Positions 8,831 through 17,260 of a stretch of DNA of 27,210 bases are shown here, piece by piece. How positions within the stretch are numbered: position 1 is the stretch's first letter; the number at the start of each line of letters is the position of its first letter. A program made the translations under genes and the position numbers. The notes under the pieces are model-generated. The model was given only the letters and a program-made list of their open reading frames with translations, had not been told where the DNA came from and ran no database searches. This DNA comes from Escherichia coli (GTDB lineage Bacteria > Pseudomonadota > Gammaproteobacteria > Enterobacterales > Enterobacteriaceae): assembly GCA_005388305.1 (NCBI GenBank), contig GCA_005388305.1_4327.1, one strand, 5' to 3'.

Positions 8831-11099
8831 AACGGTGCACCTCTTCCCCGGCCCATGTTAGCGGGAATCCTTCAGCCCATTCAGGTAATGAGCATAACAG
8901 GTCACCCATCTCTTTAACCGTGTACTCCGGCGTGTCTGGCGTTTCGGCGACACATTCATCGTGTACGTGGAGTACAATTGGGTAGCCCGCTGCCTCGACC
9001 GTCAGGAGTCCGTTAACCAGTAAATCACGGCACAACGCCTGGATGATGTTTTCACACAATTTTCCGCCGTGTGTGTACAAAGTTGTCCACTGGCGGGTGG
9101 TCTGATTTTCGCCCTGGTATTTAATGCGAACGTTAGTTGTTACGCGCCCGTCCTCGTCAGTCTCTTTAGTGACGCTTAAACCTATACCAGGGTAGGACAT
9201 AATGCGCCCGGACGGCAACTCCACGCACAACCACCAACCCGGCACAAAGTTACCCTGTCTGTCTTTCTCTTTAGTACGCCATATGCGAATAGCTCTGTCG
9301 CCGTTAAGGCGGACTCTGGCCCCCGCCCAAAACTCTCGTCCCGGATTTCTGATTGCGGCAATTACCGAATCCTTAAGGTCGTTCCAGAATTTCACTGTTT
9401 CCGGATGGGCCTCCCGCCACATGCGCTTGATAGCATCGCAGGTGCGCCAGACTTCCTTTGGCAGCACATAGGAGGCCCGTTCGTCTTTTTTACCGGGTTT
9501 TGGGGGTCGCTTAGCCTCCTGAATCCGCGCCCATTCATAACCTCTGGCAGTAGCCGCCCATATATGATCAGGGAATGTCCCCCGCATTGTCTCCGTCATT
9601 TTAAANNNNNNNNNNNNNNNNNNNNNNNNNNNNNNNNNNNNNNNNNNNNNNNNNNNGCCGCCCTCATAGCCGAGGCCAAGCTCGCAACATTTCCCGACCT
9701 GTCGTAGGTCTTTACGGGTGGCTTTCAGTTCTATGGGGTCCATACCAAACATCTTACCAGCTGTGGCGCAATAAATATCAATCCCCGCGCGGAACGTATC
9801 AAGGGCGGACGTCTCCCCCGCCGTCCAGGCTAACCCACGCCCTTCCACGTTCGAGTAGTCGGCAACGAGCAACTTATTGCCTTTTTCCGGGATAATGCAA
9901 CTGCGGACAGTTGAGGCTGTTAGTTTAGATACGTCGAAACGGCGATGCGCCCGACCTTTTAACAGCAAATTGATGCCGAACGATAAGGGGTTAAGCCTGC
10001 GGTTCCAGTCTTCGTCGGACTCCCACGGCTGGCGTACAAGTTTCTTTTCCTCGTTAGTCGGGTCGTCATGGTAGTACCCGCGCGACAGGTTCTGCGGTTG
10101 GAACCCTTTACCCGCAAATCGTAAAGTGCGCTTTGCCCCACCGTACTGGATGCAACCGCGACGGCGTCCGTCTTTGGACCGTCCTAGCAGTAGCGGTTTG
10201 TATTTTGTTGACGCCGTGGAGGCCGCGCCGAGGCGCATCTCAATGATTGTGCGTGCATCGTCCGGTAAGTCGTCGTCCTCTAGCAAGCCTTCGAGCGTTG
10301 CTTTCTGCGCATTATAAATATTGTAGGCCGGTGCCAGTTCCCGGAGGATTGGCAGAAAATCTTTGCCAGTTAGTTTCCCTCCGAATTTCGCGCGGGCCTC
10401 GTTTTTTAGCTCTTGCTTGTGGCGTTCCACTGCCGCTACCGCCGCCTCAGCAAGAGCCGTGTCAACAAAGAAGCCTCGGTCGTTAATTAACTGGTCCAGT
10501 TCCAGTACACGGTCTTCGAACTCGGAGTTACCCCAACGCGGCAACTTATGGAACACTTCACGCATCGCGGTGATGTCGCTAACGGCGTACTTGATGAACA
10601 GCGCCCACTCATCCGGGTGCGTTTCAGCAGTGTAGCGGCGAATTTTGTAGTTCTTCGGCGTCGGTTTAGAGAAACGCTGAATAAGCGCTTTGCCTCGTTT
10701 GTCTTTCGCGTTGTCTGCAGACACGCCAAGCACTTCGCACAATGCGTCGAGTGAACCCGGCAGCGCGTGACGAAACGCCCAAATCATCGTATCAATGGTG
10801 TTGCTTACCGGAATATCAAAGCCCCAGCAGTGTTTCATGATGAGCCTGTCGAACATTGAGCCGTTGTGCCACACCATCTTGATGCGACTGTTTGGCTTAA
10901 CCAGGCGGCGCAGTGCGCGGTGCAAATCTCCCGGCATGTCGCTGCCGTCGGTGCAATCCCATACCTGTACAGGCTCGTCGTCAAAAGCGTATGTGCAGAT
11001 AAGCACTTCGGTAGTTGGATGTTCGGCGTAAGCGTAGGAGCCGACTTTCTTCAAATCGGCTTCGGAGAATGTTTCAAAGTCTAAGAACAGGTAACTCAT
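8820..11099 (-). CDS. family A DNA polymerase with 3'-5' exonuclease domain, 759 aa (interrupted by an assembly gap)
   Basis: Exo I LFLDFETFS, Exo II WHNGSMFDRL, Exo III YAVSDITAM, pol motif A LLVADYSNVEGRGLAW, motif B RKDLRQVGKCCELGLGYEGG, motif C VLHVHDECV. A run of 17 X residues in the translation corresponds to the N run. Confidence 0.9.
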   Translation of the reverse strand: MSYLFLDFETFSEADLKKVGSYAYAEHPTTEVLICTYAFDDEPVQVWDCTDGSDMPGDLHRALRRLVKPNSRIKMVWHNGSMFDRLIMKHCWGFDIPVSNTIDTMIWAFRHALPGSLDALCEVLGVSADNAKDKRGKALIQRFSKPTPKNYKIRRYTAETHPDEWALFIKYAVSDITAMREVFHKLPRWGNSEFEDRVLELDQLINDRGFFVDTALAEAAVAAVERHKQELKNEARAKFGGKLTGKDFLPILRELAPAYNIYNAQKATLEGLLEDDDLPDDARTIIEMRLGAASTASTKYKPLLLGRSKDGRRRGCIQYGGAKRTLRFAGKGFQPQNLSRGYYHDDPTNEEKKLVRQPWESDEDWNRRLNPLSFGINLLLKGRAHRRFDVSKLTASTVRSCIIPEKGNKLLVADYSNVEGRGLAWTAGETSALDTFRAGIDIYCATAGKMFGMDPIELKATRKDLRQVGKCCELGLGYEGGXXXXXXXXXXXXXXXXXFKMTETMRGTFPDHIWAATARGYEWARIQEAKRPPKPGKKDERASYVLPKEVWRTCDAIKRMWREAHPETVKFWNDLKDSVIAAIRNPGREFWAGARVRLNGDRAIRIWRTKEKDRQGNFVPGWWLCVELPSGRIMSYPGIGLSVTKETDEDGRVTTNVRIKYQGENQTTRQWTTLYTHGGKLCENIIQALCRDLLVNGLLTVEAAGYPIVLHVHDECVAETPDTPEYTVKEMGDLLCSLPEWAEGFPLTWAGEEVHRYAK
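9606..9656. other. assembly gap (51 consecutive N) inside the DNA polymerase gene
   Basis: Directly visible run of n characters; its length is a multiple of 3 so the frame is formally preserved, but the true length and sequence are unknown. Confidence 0.95.
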
Positions 11100-11119
11100 T
11101 ATTTTCGACCCTTAGTAAA

Positions 11120-11139
11120 AAGGCCCAATGAAGGGCCTT
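11120..11139 (-). terminator. intra-operon hairpin (putative partial terminator/attenuator) between the SSB-like gene and the polymerase
   Basis: AAGGCCC-AATGAA-GGGCCTT stem-loop in the 60-nt gap between the two genes; same stem sequence as the terminators at 5613 and 26948; only a short T-run follows on the - strand. Confidence 0.35.
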
Positions 11140-11158
11140 AGTTAAATTGATTCAGATA

Positions 11159-11785
11159 TTAGCGGCGACGACGCTCGCGGCGCGGTGCTTCATCTTCTTC
11201 GTCGTCTTCCAGGTCGTTGACGCTTGCAGCGACTTTAGAACCACCGAACGCTTTACCTTCGCCTACGTATTTAATCGCCAGCAGGTTAACCCCGAGAACT
11301 TTATATTTCTGGCTGAACCAGATTTCGACGCTTACGTTAGCGACGCAGCCGCTGTAAACCTGTTCACCTTCAATCTGTTCGCCGTCTACATTGAAGTCCT
11401 GTTCTACCTGAGTCTCGCCTTTTTTAGAGGTTACAATCAGTGGCTGTTTCTGTGCCTTCGCCTTGAAGTAGAAGCCTTCCGGGAAGTCTTCAAACGGATT
11501 GTCGCGCTCGGCAATGTCTTTAATCGCACATTTATCCATGTGCTTACCTTCGCCATAGTTGGACTTCATCCACTTCTCAGCGGCAGCTGCGCCCAACGCT
11601 TCTTCAACCACAGCGTAAACGGTGTCGTAGAGCGCGTCGATTTGTGCGTGGTCAGACGGCAGGATGATAGTCGCGCTGTACTGGCCTTTAGTGATTGAGC
11701 CATCATCGTTTTCACGGTCTTTTTCGCGTTCGAATACGTTAACCCATGCAGTGTTTACTTTACGCAGATTCAGTTTAATACCCAT
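11159..11785 (-). CDS. putative single-stranded DNA-binding protein (DUF2815-like), 208 aa
   Basis: Sits between the DUF2800 nuclease and the DNA polymerase, which is the conserved DUF2800-DUF2815-PolA gene order in phage replication modules; highly charged C-terminal tail (DLEDDEEDEAPRRERRRR); its own strong promoter immediately upstream. Confidence 0.45.
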   Translation of the reverse strand: MGIKLNLRKVNTAWVNVFEREKDRENDDGSITKGQYSATIILPSDHAQIDALYDTVYAVVEEALGAAAAEKWMKSNYGEGKHMDKCAIKDIAERDNPFEDFPEGFYFKAKAQKQPLIVTSKKGETQVEQDFNVDGEQIEGEQVYSGCVANVSVEIWFSQKYKVLGVNLLAIKYVGEGKAFGGSKVAASVNDLEDDEEDEAPRRERRRR

Positions 11786-11838
11786 CGTGATTTCTCGCTT
11801 TTCAGTTTACTCCGGGAACTGCCCGGCCAGTGATTAGA

Positions 11839-11867
11839 ACTATAATAGCTAACTATTCAGGTGTCAA
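11839..11867 (-). promoter_or_regulatory. sigma70-like promoter (TTGACA-17-TATAGT on the - strand) inside a copy of the conserved 30-bp element
   Basis: + strand GAACTATAATAGCTAACTATTCAGGTGTCAACAC; - strand -35 TTGACA (11867-11862), 17-bp spacer, -10 TATAGT (11844-11839); ~50 nt upstream of the SSB-like ATG. Confidence 0.55.
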
Positions 11868-11871
11868 CACT

Positions 11872-13122
11872 TTATTCCAAATCTTCTTCACTAACCTGAT
11901 TCCACTCAGGACGTTTGTCGTCTGCCGTTGCGACACATGGTGCGCCTGGCTTACGGGTAATAAACGGCTCAAGCGCCGCCATCTCATCCGCAGAAAGAAC
12001 TTTTGCTGCCTCCGTAGGGGACATCAATACCTCTTTTTTGAGAATGTCGCCGTGTGACACTTCAATCGCATCGGCATCTTTCCACGCACGATTACCCGGG
12101 CGGCCTTCTACCAGTTTGTACCCTGGCACTTTCTTACCGGAATGCAATGTGGCGGACATCGCTTTCTCAACCTTGTCGATGTGCTGGCGTAACAGCGGCA
12201 ACTTCTCATACTCAACTACGAGTTGCTCCGTCGTCAGTTCCAGCACAAAGTCGTCTTCAAGTTCTTCCGCCAGTACAGAATTAACCGTCTTTGTACGCGC
12301 GGCACACTGTTCAGAGAACCGGCACCACTGGCAACCATCGACCGACGGCCTGAAGTCAGACGCTTTCAGGTTCTTTTTACCACGGAAATACGCATCAAGA
12401 GCTAACAGTGCACGTTTCTGCGCAAACTTAGCGAACAGTTCCAGACCTTCAACCGAGATGTCCCACTCCGACGCACCGCCAGCATACGGCTGGAATATTA
12501 CCAGGCGAACAACAGTGATGTTATATCGTCTCTTGAGTCGGCGATAAACACCGAGAGCATAAAGCATAAGCTGCTTGTTTTCTTTCGCTTCGACGCGATG
12601 CCGTCCAGTTTTAAGGTCGCCAATAATGAGCATGTGCTCGTCGGTGTTCGCCAGTTCCTGAACGGCAACAATGTCGGCGGTTCCGAATGTCTCAACGCCT
12701 TCGTAGCCTGGATGCAATACCTCACTAAGATTGACACGCATCTCGAGTTTGGCGTAAGTCGCTACATCGATAACAGCTTTGCAGTGGTCGGTGTACTTGC
12801 GCACCTGCTCAATCATGTCAGCCGTAATCAGTACCGCGCCTTTCATCGGGCTGATTAGCGCCTTAATCTGGCCTTTACCCTCATCCAGCACGTAAGCACC
12901 TACTTCGCGCCCTAACGGCAACGCAGTGCCTTTGATGTACTGGTTTAAGTGCATCTCAGCTATGGTGTGCATAGCCGTTCCTAATACGGCGGCTTTACCT
13001 GACGTGTTAGGAATATCTTTTTCACAGGCCAGTGATGCACTGCACGCCAGCCACTTTTTAGCACCAGACGGCGACAGCAGGGCGTGTACGTCATTATTGC
13101 CACCACGTTCTTTTAGTTTCAT
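11872..13122 (-). CDS. PD-(D/E)xK exonuclease, DUF2800 / Cas4-RecB-like, probably with Fe-S cluster, ~416 aa
   Basis: N-terminal HALLSPSGAKKWLACSASLAC, nuclease core GTADIVAV…IIGDLKTG, C-terminal cysteine cluster CQWCRFSEQC (one N-terminal plus three C-terminal Cys, as in Cas4/AddB Fe-S nucleases). Start set at ATG 13122 (MKLKERGG…) because it forms an ATGA overlap with the upstream small ORF; the ORF-track start is 13143. Confidence 0.75.
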   Translation of the reverse strand: MKLKERGGNNDVHALLSPSGAKKWLACSASLACEKDIPNTSGKAAVLGTAMHTIAEMHLNQYIKGTALPLGREVGAYVLDEGKGQIKALISPMKGAVLITADMIEQVRKYTDHCKAVIDVATYAKLEMRVNLSEVLHPGYEGVETFGTADIVAVQELANTDEHMLIIGDLKTGRHRVEAKENKQLMLYALGVYRRLKRRYNITVVRLVIFQPYAGGASEWDISVEGLELFAKFAQKRALLALDAYFRGKKNLKASDFRPSVDGCQWCRFSEQCAARTKTVNSVLAEELEDDFVLELTTEQLVVEYEKLPLLRQHIDKVEKAMSATLHSGKKVPGYKLVEGRPGNRAWKDADAIEVSHGDILKKEVLMSPTEAAKVLSADEMAALEPFITRKPGAPCVATADDKRPEWNQVSEEDLE

Positions 13123-13277
13123 GCTCTTAACCCCACACCCCATTTAGCTTTACGCGTTTTACGTTTGCAGGCGCACGTGTCGCCACTACGGTTGAAGATG
13201 ACCAGCCAAGTTGAGTTACTCACTCGAAAAGGCTGGTGACGTCTAACAAATAGAAGTCGCGCTTTACGGTTCGTCAT
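13119..13277 (-). CDS. small basic protein, 52 aa (below ORF-track cutoff)
   Basis: ATG 13277-13275 overlaps the TGA of the 90-aa gene (ATGA), and its own TGA overlaps the ATG at 13122 of the nuclease (ATGA). Translation MTNRKARLLFVRRHQPFRVSNSTWLVIFNRSGDTCACKRKTRKAKWGVGLRA. Confidence 0.3.
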   Translation of the reverse strand: MTNRKARLLFVRRHQPFRVSNSTWLVIFNRSGDTCACKRKTRKAKWGVGLRA

Positions 13278-13546
13278 ACCCTGACCTCCCACTGGTCGAT
13301 TAAATGCCGCGTCTTATGGTCGCAATGCATAGCCCAGCTATACATCGACTCGAAGACATAAAAGTCACTTTTAACGAAAGTCGTGCGCTTAATCTGCGAC
13401 AGGTGACGGCCTATATCTTTCGGCTTCGGTATTTTTCCAAGGTAGGCCATCTCTTCCATCTGGTGTGCACCGGACGGCGCACGCAATAACCATAGCGCCT
13501 CTGTGTTATCCCGCCTGTCAACGGCGCGGTATAGTTGGTAAATCAT
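13274..13546 (-). CDS. hypothetical protein, 90 aa
   Basis: ORF with GAGGG RBS-like sequence upstream of ATG 13546; part of the leftward operon; no recognisable motif. Confidence 0.5.
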   Translation of the reverse strand: MIYQLYRAVDRRDNTEALWLLRAPSGAHQMEEMAYLGKIPKPKDIGRHLSQIKRTTFVKSDFYVFESMYSWAMHCDHKTRHLIDQWEVRV

Positions 13547-13566
13547 AATCCCGACCCTCAGTTAAA

Positions 13567-13582
13567 GCGGCCCGAAGGCCGC
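13567..13582 (-). other. GC-rich hairpin between the acidic-protein gene and the 90-aa gene
   Basis: GCGGCC-CGAA-GGCCGC stem-loop in the 43-nt intergenic gap; possible attenuator or RNA-stability element. Confidence 0.3.
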
Positions 13583-13589
13583 GGGATAG

Positions 13590-14111
13590 TTATTCTTCTT
13601 CGAAATACTTGTTCTTGATTGCTGTCAGGCGCTCCAGATACTCAGCCAGGTCTTCGTCTTTAATCGCTGCAATCTTCATCTTCTTACCGGTGAACTCTTC
13701 CAGCAGTTCGTCAGAATCGTCGCACGCGGCCTCGCTTGGGCCTTCGTTAATCGCATCGTCGATAGCCTGAATCTGGTCGCGCAGAGACTGGTAATCGACT
13801 TCTTCTTTCTCTTCTTCCGGCTCTGGCGTTGGTTCCTCTACTTTGTCCTTACGCGGCTTGCGCTTCGGCTTCTCTTCTTCTGCGGGTTTAGCGTCAACGG
13901 TGTCTTCACCTTCTACCGGGATTTCTTTCGCCTTCTCGACTTCTTCAAGTGCTTTAGCCAGCTCTTTTTTAACTGTTTCTACCCCCGTGACCGCGACGTC
14001 AACAGTCAATTCACCTACAGATTTGCTAGTCGGTTGTTTCACACTGTTTGCAGCAATCAGTTCGTGGGCGACTACGAAACGTTCCAGTAATACTAAGAAT
14101 TTCTCTAACAT
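13590..14111 (-). CDS. highly acidic hypothetical protein, 173 aa
   Basis: First gene downstream of the promoter at 14143-14171; GAGAGGAGA RBS; extremely D/E-rich with one Lys/Arg patch (KPKRKPRKDK). Confidence 0.6.
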   Translation of the reverse strand: MLEKFLVLLERFVVAHELIAANSVKQPTSKSVGELTVDVAVTGVETVKKELAKALEEVEKAKEIPVEGEDTVDAKPAEEEKPKRKPRKDKVEEPTPEPEEEKEEVDYQSLRDQIQAIDDAINEGPSEAACDDSDELLEEFTGKKMKIAAIKDEDLAEYLERLTAIKNKYFEEE

Positions 14112-14142
14112 TATTTATTCTCCTCTCGTTTGGTATGGGCTA

Positions 14143-14171
14143 ACTATAATAGTGAACTATTCACTTGTCAA
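14143..14171 (-). promoter_or_regulatory. sigma70-like promoter (TTGACA-17-TATAGT on the - strand) inside a copy of the conserved 30-bp element, in a divergent intergenic region
   Basis: + strand TAACTATAATAGTGAACTATTCACTTGTCAATGG; - strand -35 TTGACA (14171-14166), 17-bp spacer, -10 TATAGT (14148-14143). A second partial copy of the element (GGTACTATTCACATATCAA, 14197-14215) lies just before the rightward XRE gene. Confidence 0.55.
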
Positions 14172-14235
14172 TGGGCTTTTCTAAAATAATTAATATGGTA
14201 CTATTCACATATCAACTGACTAAGGAGTAATTGAC

Positions 14236-14451
14236 ATGCAACCATCTGAACTAGGCATCCGTGTAGAACAGCGCCGTAAAGAACTCAGTATTTCCCAGCG
14301 CCGTCTGGCTGTCCTGACCGGCGTTTCCCAGGGTGCAATTAACCAGCTTGCACTCGGGGTAACGCGGGACGTCCGCCCAGCAACGCTGTTTAAACTGGCG
14401 GAAGTGCTAGAGGTAGACGCCAAGTGGCTGGCGTTCGGTGAAGGGGCTTAA
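14236..14451 (+). CDS. XRE-family helix-turn-helix transcriptional regulator (Cro/CI-like), 71 aa
   Basis: HTH signature QRRLAVLTGVSQGAINQLALG; AAGGAG RBS before ATG 14236; followed immediately by a terminator; the only rightward gene inside the leftward operon. Confidence 0.8.
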   Translation: MQPSELGIRVEQRRKELSISQRRLAVLTGVSQGAINQLALGVTRDVRPATLFKLAEVLEVDAKWLAFGEGA

Positions 14452-14467
14452 CGCCCCTTTCTTTTTA
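14441..14467. terminator. rho-independent terminator after the XRE gene (between convergent genes)
   Basis: AAGGGGC-TTAAC-GCCCCTT hairpin containing the XRE stop codon, followed by TCTTTTTATT. Confidence 0.55.
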
Positions 14468-14662
14468 TTGCACCTTTATCGGGTATCTTTTGCGAAACTT
14501 ACCTAACCCGCAGTATACGCTGTAAGCCTCTGTGTAACTGTACACAACATGATACCCGCGCCCGTAAGGAACTACGTTAAGAACTTCCACTACTTCGCCT
14601 CTGTGGTTGGTGCATTTATTACCTTTAAGTTCGTCGCTTACTTCTTTAAATTTACCGCTCAT
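14465..14662 (-). CDS. hypothetical protein, 65 aa
   Basis: ATG at 14662 forms an ATGA overlap with the primase-helicase stop (14659-14661); no recognisable motif. Confidence 0.45.
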   Translation of the reverse strand: MSGKFKEVSDELKGNKCTNHRGEVVEVLNVVPYGRGYHVVYSYTEAYSVYCGLGKFRKRYPIKVQ

Positions 14663-16926
14663 TCCAAATCCTCCTCTGTCACTGTCAGCATCTCATTCGG
14701 TTCATATATTGTCTTCGGAATCTTGTTATCAGTTATCCGGGTGTTCAGCCTGTAACGGCAAGGGATTATCTGATTGTTTTCGTCAGTCCCCGGAACAAGA
14801 TACCCAGCCTCAACCATTTTCTTAATCTTCCCGCGTTCTATGGCTTCTTTGGAGTTAAACGCCTTTGCATTGGGGTCAGACTGTGCGAGCTTATTAGCGG
14901 CGGCGACTGTGATGCCTTCGTTGCCGTTGTAGGTTCCTTCCGCCAGTTCAAACGCCGCCAGTATCGTGGCTTCCGAACTGTTGACGGCGTTCTCCATGGT
15001 TCTACGTACGTTTTCTTTACCTTCCTTAGTCAGTCCTTCTTCCCGCTCTTTCTCCTCGTCAGTCTTGAACGGCTCGAAACCCCACGGCATTAACACAAGT
15101 GCCTTATGCGGCTCCGGCAGGTCGAGGTTTACGATTGTGCCGTATTCCTCCGTGCTACCGAGGAACTCAACCGCACGGTACTCTTTCGGCGGCGGCGCTT
15201 CACGGAACTGTACAGACTCCAGCACCATACCAACCGTCTTCTGTTGAGGCCCGTGCTTGAATTTCGAGTGGTATACATTTATCTGGCGGTCGGTAGCTCG
15301 TTCGATTGTCAGTTCCACGTCGACGCCAGCATACAGCGCCCCACTGCCACGGGCTTTCTTTCCGCCCTTCGGCGTATGGTGGACAACGCCTACCGCAGCT
15401 TTAGTCGCGTCACGTACTTCTTTCAGGATGGCGATAACCTTACCCATGCCGATTGCCGTTGATGAACTGTTCTCGTCGAACTTATCAATCGTCAGGGCTA
15501 GCGTCTGGTTGAGGGTGTCGAACGCAACCATGCCGATGGGTTCGTCACCCGCAGTTTCACGCATCAACTTAATCAGGCTTTTCAGTTTTCCGACTTCGCC
15601 CATGTCGATGACATGTACATAATCTTTACCTTCCTCGCCATATTTAGCCGCGAGCGCATCGATACGGGTGCGGGTAGCTGCGCCGCCTTCACCGTCGATA
15701 TAGAAATGGTGGCAACGCTGCGTATCTGCCCCCGCAAACCGGTATCCGGCGGCGCTCAGGTACGCCATCCCCAGCGTATAGAACGATTTGTACGTGCCGG
15801 ATTCCCCGACAATATCCCAGATACAATCTGACGGCATGTACCCTTCAACGACGAAATCCGCCTTTACCGGTTCCGGTAACTCGTCATCCTCTGAGTCCTC
15901 GTCATCTTCCAGGTCGTCGAGGCTGCATGAAACAGATTCACGTGCACCCCATCCGATGGCCTCTGCGACTTCACTGAACGGCAGCCCCGTCGCATCGCAC
16001 GCATACTTCCACACCTCTTTCGGTGACATGCCTTCGGTCGCCGTAATGTCGGTGTCGTGAATCATTGTTACGTTCGGCGCCTCATATCCCTCTCGCGGGA
16101 AGCACAGCAGGAAGTCATCCGGGCGCGGCGTCGGGTCGCTGTAGTTTTCTGCGTGTTCTGGCGTAGCTGGCATCTTAAGGCCTCGTGGCGTCATGATACC
16201 GCCATACTCGAACGCCAGTGCCTCGAACGCGTCGGTAAACGCGGTGCGCAGTTCTTCCGGTATCTGGTAATCCGATGCGCTGCTAACGTCAACGGCGGGG
16301 ATGCCTTCCAGTAACTCGTCCGGGTCAATCAGGTCGTTGCGGCGTGACCAGATAACGGTAGAGCCAACCGGAGGCAGGTACATCGGTTGCGAAAGAGTGA
16401 ACCCGCTGCGGTCAGCACCCATGCTTTTGAAGAAGTGTTCCAGCAATCCATGGCGAACACGGATGATGTCACCACCTTCGACCGGACGGGCCAGCGGCAT
16501 GACGACGCGAAAGCGCGGGGACTCGTCGGTATGTGATGCCGTGGTATAGAGGCACATGGCCTGGCGGCTACGCTTAACCAGGCGTACAGCTTCCTGATAC
16601 TCTTCCGGCGTTGCACTGTCGAAGTCCAGATACGCCAGCGACGATTTGCTTACAGACGCATCACAGCGATAGAAGAAACCCTTACGCGCTTGCTTAAAGT
16701 CGCCGGTTTTCGGGTCTTTTACAGTGCTGTGCGTCGAGTCGCACGCGGCGGTGATATAACCGGGCGCGGTCTTCGGGTTAATTCCGTCACGGACAGCATC
16801 AAGCGGCTGGATTAACTCTTTCAGGTCGTCCAGTGTTGCCGTGTGTGTGGTTCTGACGTTTATATCCTTTTTCTCTGCCCGCGCGTTGCGACGTGACCAC
16901 GAGTAGGATAAAATTACATCGGACAT
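14659..16926 (-). CDS. replicative primase-helicase (N-terminal primase-polymerase-like region plus C-terminal RecA/RepA-like AAA_25 ATPase), 755 aa
   Basis: Walker A GESGTYKS, Walker B MVAFDTL, VVHHTPKGG motif typical of RepA-like ATPases; N-terminal half has an acidic LAYLDFD motif reminiscent of prim-pol catalytic sites. Confidence 0.75.
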   Translation of the reverse strand: MSDVILSYSWSRRNARAEKKDINVRTTHTATLDDLKELIQPLDAVRDGINPKTAPGYITAACDSTHSTVKDPKTGDFKQARKGFFYRCDASVSKSSLAYLDFDSATPEEYQEAVRLVKRSRQAMCLYTTASHTDESPRFRVVMPLARPVEGGDIIRVRHGLLEHFFKSMGADRSGFTLSQPMYLPPVGSTVIWSRRNDLIDPDELLEGIPAVDVSSASDYQIPEELRTAFTDAFEALAFEYGGIMTPRGLKMPATPEHAENYSDPTPRPDDFLLCFPREGYEAPNVTMIHDTDITATEGMSPKEVWKYACDATGLPFSEVAEAIGWGARESVSCSLDDLEDDEDSEDDELPEPVKADFVVEGYMPSDCIWDIVGESGTYKSFYTLGMAYLSAAGYRFAGADTQRCHHFYIDGEGGAATRTRIDALAAKYGEEGKDYVHVIDMGEVGKLKSLIKLMRETAGDEPIGMVAFDTLNQTLALTIDKFDENSSSTAIGMGKVIAILKEVRDATKAAVGVVHHTPKGGKKARGSGALYAGVDVELTIERATDRQINVYHSKFKHGPQQKTVGMVLESVQFREAPPPKEYRAVEFLGSTEEYGTIVNLDLPEPHKALVLMPWGFEPFKTDEEKEREEGLTKEGKENVRRTMENAVNSSEATILAAFELAEGTYNGNEGITVAAANKLAQSDPNAKAFNSKEAIERGKIKKMVEAGYLVPGTDENNQIIPCRYRLNTRITDNKIPKTIYEPNEMLTVTEEDLE

Positions 16927-16984
16927 GTTGTATTTCCTTCAGCAAGTAATTTGGCCTCGGCGTTCACCGCGTCGGGGCTTTCTT

Positions 16985-17260
16985 TTATTCCAGGTCGCGG
17001 GAGATATTACCCTCGGGCACCAACACTTTTCCAATACTTCTCGCTTTCTCTGTAATCGGCGTTGCTCTTTTTGCCCGATAAAACTTTCCTTTATTAAGAA
17101 CCTCTCCGTGTTGCTCGAGAACATCCAAAGCATGTTTAATCGGATTTACACCGTAATTATCTAACCGGTATCTCCGAAGCCCGTCTACCGTAAAAGCGCC
17201 GTTCGCCTCGGTCAGTCTGCGTGCACACATTAATATGTGTTTCTGGAATTTAGTTAGCAT
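16985..17260 (-). CDS. hypothetical protein, 91 aa
   Basis: ORF overlapping the upstream HTH gene by 11 nt; second gene of the leftward operon; no confident motif. Confidence 0.5.
   Translation of the reverse strand: MLTKFQKHILMCARRLTEANGAFTVDGLRRYRLDNYGVNPIKHALDVLEQHGEVLNKGKFYRAKRATPITEKARSIGKVLVPEGNISRDLE

Noticed and set aside
9606-9656. N run as a biological feature (e.g. modified bases or a repeat)
   Set aside because: A run of n is an assembly placeholder; nothing biological can be inferred from it beyond the need for resequencing.
11147-11698. 183-aa + strand ORF antisense to the SSB-like gene, and 11915..12547 (+) antisense to the DUF2800 nuclease
   Set aside because: Both overlap well-supported leftward genes with motif and synteny evidence; no promoter or RBS on the + strand.
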